Part shown: positions 18,242 through 25,988 of the stretch, one piece after another
Layout of the letters: each line of letters opens with the position of its first letter
Numbering within the stretch: position 1 is the stretch's first letter
Assembly: GCA_046483285.1 (NCBI GenBank)
Contig: JAWODN010000076.1
Location: 16,369 to 80,368 of the forward strand
DNA from: Candidatus Aminicenantes bacterium
GTDB lineage: Bacteria; Acidobacteriota; Aminicenantia; Aminicenantales; Aminicenantaceae
DNA: 64,000 nucleotides
Direction of reading: 5' to 3'
The notes under the pieces: generated by a model
Told to the model about the DNA's origin: nothing
The model's input: only the letters and a program-made list of their open reading frames with translations
The model's database searches: none
Made by a program: the position numbers and the translations under genes

Positions 18242-19206
18242 CATCCATACGCCCCCGGCGGGCCAGCCAGATTATCGAGGGGTTCAAAGAAAAAAAAGTG
18301 CTGGTATTGGGCGATTTGATGCTGGACCGGTACGTATGGGGACAGGTTGAACGCATTTCTCCCGAGGCTCCGGTTCCGGTCGTAGCCGTAAAAAAAGACA
18401 CCTCCTGCCTGGGCGGAGCCGGCAATGTCAGCCAGAACTTAAAAAGCCTGGGAGCGGAACCGCTGCTGGTGGGAGTGGTCGGGAATGACCCCTCCGGCGA
18501 ATGGATAAAGCAAAATGTTTCAGACAGCCGGGGAATTTTCACCCTTTCCGGCCGACCCACCACTGTCAAAACAAGAATCATCGCGCACCACCAGCAAGTC
18601 GTCCGCGTCGATCATGAAAACAGGAATATAATTCCGCCGGCATTGAGAAAAAAAATATCCGCCTTCATTCAAAAAGAAAAATATGAAGGAATCGTGGTTT
18701 CCGATTACAACAAAGGCCTTATCAGCAAACCGCTTATGAGCGGGCTGCTGGGTTATGCGCAGGAAAATCATATTCCGGTCTATATTGACCCAAAAGTGGA
18801 AAATTTCACAATTTTTTCTCCGGTCACTCTCATAACGCCCAATCACCTGGAAGCCTCAAAAATAGTCCACCGCCCCTGCGGAAGCGACCAGGAAATCGCG
18901 AAAGCCGGACAAAAAATCTTCAACCGCATCACCACCCGCTATTTGATCATTAAGCGCGGCGAGCAGGGCATGACTGTTTTCAGCAACACCCGGGACTGCT
19001 TCCACATCCCCACCATCGCCAAAGAAGTCTTTGATGTCACCGGGGCCGGAGATACAGTCATCGCCGCCGCCGCCTTGTCGCTTTTATCCGGCGCCACTAT
19101 TTATGAAGCTTCGGTTTTGGCCAACCTGGCGGCGGGTTTGGTGGTGGGAAAAATCGGAACCGCAACGGTAACATCTGCTGAACTCCTCCAGGCCCTGGAA
19201 GAATAG
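18238..19206 (+). CDS. hldA: D-glycero-beta-D-manno-heptose-7-phosphate kinase (RfaE domain I only, PfkB family)
   Basis: ATG 18238 overlaps the upstream stop (ATGA). Contains 'VLVLGDLMLDRYVWG.VERISPEAPVPVV' and 'DVTGAGDTVIAA'. There is no adenylyltransferase domain. Confidence 0.8.
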   Translation: MTSIRPRRASQIIEGFKEKKVLVLGDLMLDRYVWGQVERISPEAPVPVVAVKKDTSCLGGAGNVSQNLKSLGAEPLLVGVVGNDPSGEWIKQNVSDSRGIFTLSGRPTTVKTRIIAHHQQVVRVDHENRNIIPPALRKKISAFIQKEKYEGIVVSDYNKGLISKPLMSGLLGYAQENHIPVYIDPKVENFTIFSPVTLITPNHLEASKIVHRPCGSDQEIAKAGQKIFNRITTRYLIIKRGEQGMTVFSNTRDCFHIPTIAKEVFDVTGAGDTVIAAAALSLLSGATIYEASVLANLAAGLVVGKIGTATVTSAELLQALEE

Positions 19207-19212
19207 CCCGAT

Positions 19213-20682
19213 TCAGAGATCGAGTTCCAGTTGATTGAGCCGAGCCCGGCCGCGCTCTTTTTCAATTTTCTTTAAAACATCGGGGGTGATGTCGCCGGTG
19301 GGATATTCTCCGCTGAAGCACGCCCCGCAGAAATCCGTTAAATCCTTGTTCTCCAGATGCACCGCTTTTTTCAGTGCATCCAAGGACTGATAAATCACTT
19401 TATCCGCTTTTATCTTTTTCGCCACCTGCCCGGGATCCGAATCCCGGGCGATAAATTCACTGACCGTCTGCATATCAATTCCATAAACACAAGGAAACCG
19501 AAGCGGGGGGGAGTAGGAGGCAAAAAAAACCTTTTCAGCTCCGCATTCCCGCACCATTTCTATAATAGAGCGGGACGTGTTTCCCCGAACAATGCTGTCA
19601 TCCACCACTAAAACCTTTTTATCTTTAAATTCAGCGGCAATGGGATTGAGCTTCTGGCGGATAGAACTTTTCCGGGATTGATCCGACGGCATGATGAAGG
19701 TTCTCCCGATATAGCGGTTTTTCACCAAGGCTTCCCGGTAGGGGAGATTGAGTTTGCGGGCGATTTCAACAGCGGCGTCGCGTGCGGAATCCGGGACCGG
19801 AACCACCACGTCGGGCTGAATGTTTTGTTTTTTGATTTCCTCCGCAAGAAACCGGCCCAAATTAATCCGGCATTTGTACACATTAACATCATCAATAAAT
19901 GAATCCGGTCTCGCAAAATAGACCCATTCGAATAAACAGGGGGTTCTCCGTCCATGGGTCAGCACCTTGGAGTGAAAACGCCTCTCCTCATCGATAAATA
20001 TAACTTCCCCCGGCTTGATGTCCTTGATGGCGGAAAAATCCATCATGTTCAAGCTCACGCTTTCCGAGGCTATGGCATATTCCGGAATCATTCCTTTCCT
20101 TCGGGTTCCGTAAACCAGCGGCTTGATTCCGAAAGGATCCCGGAAAGCAATCATTCCCTGTTCCGCGATATAGGCGACCACCGAGTAGCTGCCCCTGACT
20201 TTTTTGAAAACATTCCGGACGGCTTCATAGATATCTTCCGGTTTCAGCGGGTGCGAGTCCTTCATGGCCAATTCTTGTGCGAAAATGTTCAAAATCACCT
20301 CGACATCGTTGTCAGAATTCACAATCCGGCGGTATTTATCAAAAAGGAGAGTTTTCAATTCCTGGTAATTTACCACATTTCCGTTATGAGCCATGATGAT
20401 TCCGTGCGGCGAATTGACGAAAAACGGCTGGGCGTCTTCACCGCCTCCGCCGCCTATAGTGGGGTAGCGGGTATGGCCGATCCCAATCTTTCCTTTGAGG
20501 CGGCGGGCGTTTTCAGCGCTAAATATATCATTGACCAGCCCGTTTCCTTTTTTGGTGTGGAACCGCCCGTCATAAGTGATCATGCCCGCCGCATCCTGGC
20601 CCCGGTGCTGAATGGCCAAAATTCCCTGATAAAGATCCTTGAAGACCTCTTCGTTCGCGATCAATCCGATAACTCCGCACAT
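19213..20682 (-). CDS. purF: Amidophosphoribosyltransferase
   Basis: 489 aa. Starts 'MCGVIGL' (Ntn Cys); PRTase motif 'VLVVDDSIVRGNT'. Confidence 0.95.
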   Translation of the reverse strand: MCGVIGLIANEEVFKDLYQGILAIQHRGQDAAGMITYDGRFHTKKGNGLVNDIFSAENARRLKGKIGIGHTRYPTIGGGGGEDAQPFFVNSPHGIIMAHNGNVVNYQELKTLLFDKYRRIVNSDNDVEVILNIFAQELAMKDSHPLKPEDIYEAVRNVFKKVRGSYSVVAYIAEQGMIAFRDPFGIKPLVYGTRRKGMIPEYAIASESVSLNMMDFSAIKDIKPGEVIFIDEERRFHSKVLTHGRRTPCLFEWVYFARPDSFIDDVNVYKCRINLGRFLAEEIKKQNIQPDVVVPVPDSARDAAVEIARKLNLPYREALVKNRYIGRTFIMPSDQSRKSSIRQKLNPIAAEFKDKKVLVVDDSIVRGNTSRSIIEMVRECGAEKVFFASYSPPLRFPCVYGIDMQTVSEFIARDSDPGQVAKKIKADKVIYQSLDALKKAVHLENKDLTDFCGACFSGEYPTGDITPDVLKKIEKERGRARLNQLELDL

Positions 20683-20691
20683 AATTATATA

Positions 20692-20840
20692 CCTGACCTA
20701 TTCATAAAAAAATTGCGATTTTTTTGCAATCCCTTTTTTATCAGCGATTAACATGATTTTTATAAAAAGTTCAAATGGAAAGTTTTTCATTTTCATATTT
20801 TTATTTTAATCGCCATTTTTTTACCCTTCGGGCGGGCCGG
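20692..20840 (+). repeat. Repeat family A, copy A1
   Basis: 'cctgacctattcat-aaaaaaattgcgat...atcgccattttttt-acccttcgggcgggccgg'. Arms are at 20706-20719 and 20809-20822. Near-identical to 57220-57370. Confidence 0.8.
20701..20729 (-). promoter_or_regulatory. Predicted promoter inside A1, firing into purF
   Basis: On the minus strand: TTGCAA (20729-20724), 17 nt, TATGAA (20706-20701). The purF ATG is at 20682, and a TATATAAT also lies immediately 5' of that ATG. Confidence 0.4.
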
Positions 20841-20947
20841 ATCTCACCGCATCTGCCGGGTTGCGGCTCGTCGCAGTGAAGTGCCACGGCTTCCTCGCCG
20901 CAACCCGGCATCTGCAGCAATCCCGGCCCGTGAATAGGTCAGGCAAG
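20841..20947. repeat. GC-rich module B with a 12-bp hairpin
   Basis: 'gccgggttgcgg' (20854-20865) pairs with 'ccgcaacccggc' (20899-20910). The tail 'ctgcagcaatcccggcccgtgaataggtcagg' is shared with 5975-6005 and 57570-57600. Confidence 0.6.
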
Positions 20948-21056
20948 CCTGACCTATTAGTTCGAAGATAACAAAAATAGTCCCTTTCGTCTATCTGGTC
21001 TATCTGGTTTGAAAAGAGCGAGAAAGGCGAGTCGTGCGAGAAAAGAAGAAGACCTC
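20948..21056 (+). repeat. Repeat family C, copy C1
   Basis: 'cctgacctattagttcgaagataacaaaaatagtccctttcgtctatctggtctatctgg..gagcgagaaaggcgag..gaagacctct'. Matches 34394-34482 directly and 28316-28387 inverted. Confidence 0.75.
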
Positions 21057-21139
21057 TGAAAAAATCAAACATGAACATTTTCATTTGTCGCGTGTGGCTA
21101 AACCGCCATGAATAATTCCTTAGAAAATCGTTTCTTTAT

Positions 21140-21294
21140 GGCCATGGGGGCGGGATGATGGATAAGCCGGCCCGTATGAAGGCTGAGCGGGCACGGTTCC
21201 TCTCCACAGGAGAGGAGAGCGAAGCCGGAATCGGAGCGGATGTCCTCGCTGGGGACATCCGCGTGGCGGCGATCCATCTCCCGCTCCCATGGCC
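21140..21294. repeat. Module D2: ~155-nt multi-stem palindromic GC-rich element
   Basis: Outer arms are 'ggccatgggggcgggatgatggat' (21140-) and 'atccatctcccgctcccatggcc' (-21294). Inner perfect 10-bp stem 'gcggatgtcc/ggacatccgc' (21236-21262). Inner 7-bp stem 'cctctcc/ggagagg' (~21198-21217). Confidence 0.7.
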
Positions 21295-21334
21295 GCAGTT
21301 CACAAGTAATTTTCATCGTTCGTGTTCTATTATA

Positions 21335-21408
21335 CCTGACCTATTCATAAAAAATGGCGATGATTTTGTCAATCTTCCGGGCGGAGCATTTTTGATTGTC
21401 ATTTTTTT
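21335..21408 (+). repeat. Repeat family A, internally deleted copy A5
   Basis: 'cctgacctattcataaaaaatggcgatgattttgtcaatctt..' resembles the A4 variant. The distal arm is degenerate ('tgtcattttttt'). Confidence 0.6.
21344..21372 (-). promoter_or_regulatory. Predicted promoter in A5, firing into module D2
   Basis: On the minus strand: TTGACA (21372-21367), 17 nt, TATGAA (21349-21344). A TATAAT (21334-21329) follows. No ORF lies downstream for ~650 nt. Confidence 0.45.
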
Positions 21409-21422
21409 AAAAACAGACTGGA

Positions 21423-22367
21423 CTAAACGTTTTCTCTCCAGTACTGAAGCAGGTCGGTGAGGGTTTTGGATAAAGGAATTTCAGCTTTCCAGCCGGTTTG
21501 GCTTTCAATTTTTTCCCGGCTTCCCCATAAATCAGGAATATCCGCCTTGCGCAGCTTGCTCTTGTCCACCTCCACATCAATTCTGCGGGATGACGATTCA
21601 ATCAAAACATCCAGGATATCTCTCAGGGCGGTTGAACGCCCCTGGGAAACATTATAGATTTCACCGCCGTTTCCCTTTTCCAGTAATGCGATATAGGCTT
21701 TGACCGTATCCCGGACATCGGAAAAATCTCTCTTCACTTCAATATTTCCCACATGAATAACCGGTTCTGTCTTGCCTTTTTCAATGCGGGCGATTTGATG
21801 AGCCCAATCGGAACAAACGAATTCCATGCTTTGTCCCGGACCGGTGTGGGGAAATGACCGGGCAATCACAACATCCAACCCTTCTATATGAGAATAAAAC
21901 CGGCAGAGCTGTTCTCCGCTGATTTTACTGTAGGCATAGGGATTGACCGGATCCACGGGATCATCTTCCCGTAAAGCCCGGCTCATGCCCGCTGAACCTC
22001 CGTAAACATCCGAAGAGCTGATAAAAAGCACCCTTGCCCCGGGAGCCGATCTTTTCACCTCCTCTAAAATTTGGAAGGTTCCCAAGATATTGGTTTCCAA
22101 GGTTTCCCGGCGGTGTTTCCAGGAATAACCGACATTGGAAACCGCGGCAAGGTGAAACACCCATTCCGGGCGGGCCGATTGCAAGGCCGCACGGACATCC
22201 TCCCGGGAACGGATATCCAAACGGCAGGCCCCGTTTTCACACCAAGGCTGAACCGATTCCGGCCCGCCGGGATAAGTGGTCCCAAAACATGGGCAGCCCC
22301 GTCCGTGAAGGGCTCTCAGCAGAAAGCGGCCGGCGAATCCCGAAGCGCCCGTAATCAAGACACGCAA
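21423..22367 (-). CDS. rmd: GDP-4-dehydro-6-deoxy-D-mannose reductase-like SDR (Rmd-like)
   Basis: 314 aa with 'VLITGASGFAGR', 'YAYSK' and 'FPHTGPGQSMEFVCSDWAHQIARIE', which parallels the Rmd 'FNHIGPGQS..' block (from memory). Confidence 0.7.
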   Translation of the reverse strand: MRVLITGASGFAGRFLLRALHGRGCPCFGTTYPGGPESVQPWCENGACRLDIRSREDVRAALQSARPEWVFHLAAVSNVGYSWKHRRETLETNILGTFQILEEVKRSAPGARVLFISSSDVYGGSAGMSRALREDDPVDPVNPYAYSKISGEQLCRFYSHIEGLDVVIARSFPHTGPGQSMEFVCSDWAHQIARIEKGKTEPVIHVGNIEVKRDFSDVRDTVKAYIALLEKGNGGEIYNVSQGRSTALRDILDVLIESSSRRIDVEVDKSKLRKADIPDLWGSREKIESQTGWKAEIPLSKTLTDLLQYWRENV

Positions 22368-22368
22368 T

Positions 22369-23331
22369 TTAAACCCTTTCTCTCCAATAATTCAATAAAT
22401 CCTCCAGGGATTGAGAAAAGCGGAATCGCGGTTCCCATCCCGTCACCCGGCGGAACTTGCTGCTGTCGGCAAGCAGAATAGGAACATCGGAGGGCCGAAG
22501 CCGGCTGGGATCCACTTTAACTTCAACCCGGGAATCCGTCATGGACAGCAGCATATCCAAAATGTCTTTAATTTTATAGGCGGTGCCGCTCCCGATATTG
22601 TAGACATCTCCGGGCTTCCCTTTCTCCAAACTCAACCAATACGCCCTGACCATATCCCGGACATCGGTGAAATCCCGCTGGGCTTCCAGATTCCCGACAT
22701 GAATCACCGGTTTCCGCCTGCCGGACTCGATTTCCGCGATTTGATGCGCGAAATTAGAGCAGATAAACACTTCTCCCCGGCGCGGACCGGTATGATTGAA
22801 ACCGCGGGTCCGGACAACCGGCAGGCCGTAGCTCTGGTGGTACTGATAAGCCAGAAGGTCTTGCGCGACCTTGCTGACGGCGTACGGACTTAAAGGACGC
22901 AGGGGATTCGTCTCTTTCATCGGGACTTCATCTTCATGAACCAGCCCATATTCCTCACTGGACCCGGCGATTTGAATCAGGGGTTTCAATCTTAAGCTCA
23001 GCGCGGCTTCAAACAGATTGATTTGACCGATGCTGTTTATGGAAAACGTTTCTGACGGGCATGTCCAGGAAGTGGGAACAAAACTTTGCGCCGCCAGATG
23101 AAATATCCGGTCGGGTCTGACCTGATCCAAACATTTTTTCATTGACACCGCATCTTTTAAATCAGCTTCCACCAGCTCCACTTTGTCCTGCAGGTGACTA
23201 ATATTTTCCCTGCGGCTCCGCCATCTTATCATGCCGTAAACCTGGACGTCCGGGTGCTCCGCCAGAATAAAATCAGCGAGGTGGCTCCCTGCGAAACCGG
23301 TGATTCCGGTGATCAAGACTTTCATGTTCAC
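22369..23331 (-). CDS. gmd: GDP-mannose 4,6-dehydratase (short form)
   Basis: 320 aa with 'VLITGITGFAGSHLA', 'YAVSK' and 'FNHTGPRRGEVF', a Gmd-type RRGE block. Confidence 0.75.
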   Translation of the reverse strand: MNMKVLITGITGFAGSHLADFILAEHPDVQVYGMIRWRSRRENISHLQDKVELVEADLKDAVSMKKCLDQVRPDRIFHLAAQSFVPTSWTCPSETFSINSIGQINLFEAALSLRLKPLIQIAGSSEEYGLVHEDEVPMKETNPLRPLSPYAVSKVAQDLLAYQYHQSYGLPVVRTRGFNHTGPRRGEVFICSNFAHQIAEIESGRRKPVIHVGNLEAQRDFTDVRDMVRAYWLSLEKGKPGDVYNIGSGTAYKIKDILDMLLSMTDSRVEVKVDPSRLRPSDVPILLADSSKFRRVTGWEPRFRFSQSLEDLLNYWRERV

Positions 23332-23413
23332 TCTCCTTCAACACAGAATAAGGTCACATTTTACAAGAAACCATCTGGTTTTACTAACCCGAATGATGAG
23401 CGGGCCGGGATTG

Positions 23414-24439
23414 CTATTTTCGGTTTTTATACTGCTCCTGGTAATAAGAACGAAACTCCTCACTCCGGTTTTTGATCTTTCTCCACCAGGCGATGTTGTT
23501 CCGGTACCACCGGACAGTTTCAGCCATACCGCCATCAAATGATGTTTGCGGAACCCAATCCAAGGCCCGGATTTTTTCGCAATCCAGGGCGTAACGGATA
23601 TCATGGCCGGGGCGATCGGAGACGAAAGTGATCAAATTATCCGGTTCATTGAGCAGCTCCAGAATTTTTCGGGCGGTGTCGATATTCTTAACCTCACAGT
23701 TCCCCCCGATATTATAGACCCCCCCAAATTCTCCTTTCAGCAAAATGGCTTCCATCGCCCTGCAATGATCGGTAACGAATAACCAGTCCCGCACATTTTC
23801 ACCTTTGCCGTAAAGAGGAAGCGCATGTTTCTCCAGGGCGTTGGTGATGAACAAAGGAATGAATTTTTCCGGATATTGAAAAGGGCCGTAATTGTTACTG
23901 GGCCGGGTGATGATGATGGGCAGTCCGTACGTGACCACATAGGCATGAGCCATCCTGTCCGCCCCGGCCTTGCTGGCGGCGTACGGAGATGAGGGATTGA
24001 CAGGATCGCTTTCCTTGAACAAACCTTCGGCCCGGCTGCCGTACACTTCATCCGTGCTGACATGCAAAAAAATCTCGACCTCAGAATGCCTAAGCGCTTC
24101 AAAAAGGACAAAGCTTCCGTAAACATCGGTCATAACAAAATCGCCGGCATTTATGATGGAACGGTCCACATGGGTTTCCGCGGCCAGGTGAACCACCATA
24201 TCCGCTTCTCTCATCAGCGTTTTCACCAGCTTCGGGTTGCGAATATCGCCGTGAACAAAAGTATACCGGGAATCATTTTCAATATCACGAAGATTATCCG
24301 GATTCCCGGCATAGGTCAGTTTATCCAAATTGATGATCCGGCTGTCGGGATATGTGTCCAGCCAGTAATGAATAAAATTGCTGCCGATAAATCCGCACCC
24401 TCCGGTAACCAGCATGGTTTTTCCCGCCAGGGTCCGCAT
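23414..24439 (-). CDS. rfbB: dTDP-glucose 4,6-dehydratase
   Basis: ORF 23414..24517; ATG 24439 ('MRTLAGKTMLVTGGCGFIGSNF') abuts the rfbC stop. Contains 'HVSTDEVYG' and 'PYAASKA'. Confidence 0.9.
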   Translation of the reverse strand: MRTLAGKTMLVTGGCGFIGSNFIHYWLDTYPDSRIINLDKLTYAGNPDNLRDIENDSRYTFVHGDIRNPKLVKTLMREADMVVHLAAETHVDRSIINAGDFVMTDVYGSFVLFEALRHSEVEIFLHVSTDEVYGSRAEGLFKESDPVNPSSPYAASKAGADRMAHAYVVTYGLPIIITRPSNNYGPFQYPEKFIPLFITNALEKHALPLYGKGENVRDWLFVTDHCRAMEAILLKGEFGGVYNIGGNCEVKNIDTARKILELLNEPDNLITFVSDRPGHDIRYALDCEKIRALDWVPQTSFDGGMAETVRWYRNNIAWWRKIKNRSEEFRSYYQEQYKNRK

Positions 24440-24440
24440 T

Positions 24441-24896
24441 TTATCCGTCCTTCCGGGTCCACGTGTAAGGGATATCATTCTCATGAGGATCCAGACGGTG
24501 CTCATCGGGATGCTCATAATTATACACTTCTGACGGGATGTTCACGATGACAGCTTCGCACCCGCTGACACACATCCATCCATGGCAGACACCGGAAGGA
24601 ATCCGGACCAGAAGAGGATTATGAACACCTAAATAAAATTGGTCGATTTTTCCCCGGGTCGGGGATGAATCCCGGGAATCATACAAGGCCAATTTGATCA
24701 TGCCGGCGAGGCAAACCACATGATCCGTTTGAATTCTATGGAGATGCCATGCTTTAACCACTCCGGGATAGGTGGTGGTCATATACACCTGGCCGAACTT
24801 TTCAAACATGTCGTCATCGCTGCGAAGGATTTCCATAAGCCGGCCGCGTTCGTCCGGAATAACTTTTAATTCTTTCACTACAACCCCGTCGATCAT
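24441..24896 (-). CDS. rfbC: dTDP-4-dehydrorhamnose 3,5-epimerase-like cupin (short form)
   Basis: 151 aa with 'DERGRLMEILR' and 'KAWHLHR.QTDHVVCLAG'. Confidence 0.75.
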   Translation of the reverse strand: MIDGVVVKELKVIPDERGRLMEILRSDDDMFEKFGQVYMTTTYPGVVKAWHLHRIQTDHVVCLAGMIKLALYDSRDSSPTRGKIDQFYLGVHNPLLVRIPSGVCHGWMCVSGCEAVIVNIPSEVYNYEHPDEHRLDPHENDIPYTWTRKDG

Positions 24897-24914
24897 TGTT
24901 TTCTCCTCCTTTTT

Positions 24915-25985
24915 TCACTTTATGGTGATTCGGCTTTGATCCCCCACCATAAAACGATAGACTTCCGGCCGCGGGGAGCATTTTTTGATCTTGACTTCCC
25001 GGCCGATCAAACTTTCATCTATCCGGCTGGGGATGTCGATGATTTCGGTCCCCTCCAGAACAATGCTGTTCTCGATCTCGGTCCGGATGATACGGCATCC
25101 CCTTTGAACAGCCGTAAAAGGCCCTATATACGAATCTTCGATCACCGTGCCGCTTCCCAGAATGGCGGGACCCCGCACTACGGCTCTTATCAGCTTGGCT
25201 CCCGGCTCAAGGACCACAGAACCGCTTAACCGGGAATCCCGGTCCACTTTTCCTTCAATCCGGGGAGGGAGGTTTTCCAGTATCAACCGGTTCGCCTCCA
25301 AAATATCTTCAATTTTTCCTGTGTCCTTCCACCACCCGGTGACCAGATGAGATTGAACCTGATATCCCTTTTCGACCAAATACTGTATGGCATCCGTGAT
25401 CTCCAGCTCATTCCGCCAGGACGGCTGAATGGCGTTTACCGCTTCGAAAATATGAGAATCAAACATATACACCCCGACCAAAGCCAGATCGCTGGGAGGA
25501 GACTTGGGCTTTTCCACCAAGTTGACCACCTTCCCGTCTTTCAATTCAGCGACACCGAACATTTCCGGATTGGGGACTCGGGTCAGTAAAATCAATGAAT
25601 TCGGTTGGTTGTTCCGGAATTTTTCCACCAGCGAACTTATTCCGCTTTTCAAAATGTTATCCCCCAAATACATCACAAAAGACTCTTCCCTTAAAAAATT
25701 CCGGGAAATTTTGACGGCGTGCGCCAGCCCCAAAGGGGCTTTCTGTTCTATATAAGTCAACTTGATTCCCCACCTGGACCCGTCTCCGGCGCTCTGCTTG
25801 ATCTCTTCCTTAGTGTCCCCCACCACGATGCCGATATCTTGGATTCCCGCTTCCTTAAGCGCCTCAATCCCGTAAAACAGAACCGGCTTGTTGGCAACCG
25901 GAACCAGCTGCTTCGCTTGGGTGTGAGTCAGAGGCCTCAACCGCGTTCCTTTTCCTCCACTTAAAATAAGTCCTTTCATGATCAC
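24915..25985 (-). CDS. rfbA: Glucose-1-phosphate thymidylyltransferase (long form with C-terminal left-handed beta-helix)
   Basis: 356 aa with 'GLILSGGKGTRLRPLTHTQAKQLVPVANKP'. The C-terminal part has hexapeptide-like repeats. Confidence 0.85.
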   Translation of the reverse strand: MIMKGLILSGGKGTRLRPLTHTQAKQLVPVANKPVLFYGIEALKEAGIQDIGIVVGDTKEEIKQSAGDGSRWGIKLTYIEQKAPLGLAHAVKISRNFLREESFVMYLGDNILKSGISSLVEKFRNNQPNSLILLTRVPNPEMFGVAELKDGKVVNLVEKPKSPPSDLALVGVYMFDSHIFEAVNAIQPSWRNELEITDAIQYLVEKGYQVQSHLVTGWWKDTGKIEDILEANRLILENLPPRIEGKVDRDSRLSGSVVLEPGAKLIRAVVRGPAILGSGTVIEDSYIGPFTAVQRGCRIIRTEIENSIVLEGTEIIDIPSRIDESLIGREVKIKKCSPRPEVYRFMVGDQSRITIK

Positions 25986-25988
25986 CTC

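Noticed and set aside
19954-20751. Long antisense ORFs opposite well-supported genes: 265 aa opposite purF, 49325-50119 opposite the P-loop NTPase, 50200-50751 opposite arcC, 58263-59099 opposite sppA, 59892-60512 opposite the ABC ATPase, and 40738-41347 opposite rny.
   Set aside because: Each lies fully inside a gene with clear family motifs on the other strand. Their translations are low-complexity with no recognisable motif. This is the usual shadow-ORF artefact of codon bias.
20697-20795. A ~32-aa ORF on the minus strand inside repeat family A (MKMKNFPFELFIKIMLIADKKGIAKKSQFFYE), kept open in A1, A2 and A3, considered as a possible leader peptide.
   Set aside because: Differences between copies are almost all non-synonymous. 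A4 does not keep the ORF. The ORF also spans the predicted -35 and spacer, so it would not be on the transcript from that promoter. The open frame is most simply due to AT-richness.
20692-20840. Family A as a classical MITE with terminal inverted repeats and target-site duplications.
   Set aside because: Conservation extends beyond both arms ('cctgacc..ttcat' on the left, 'acccttcggg' on the right), and no direct duplication flanks the arms. No transposase is present in the window. A mobile origin remains possible but is not shown.
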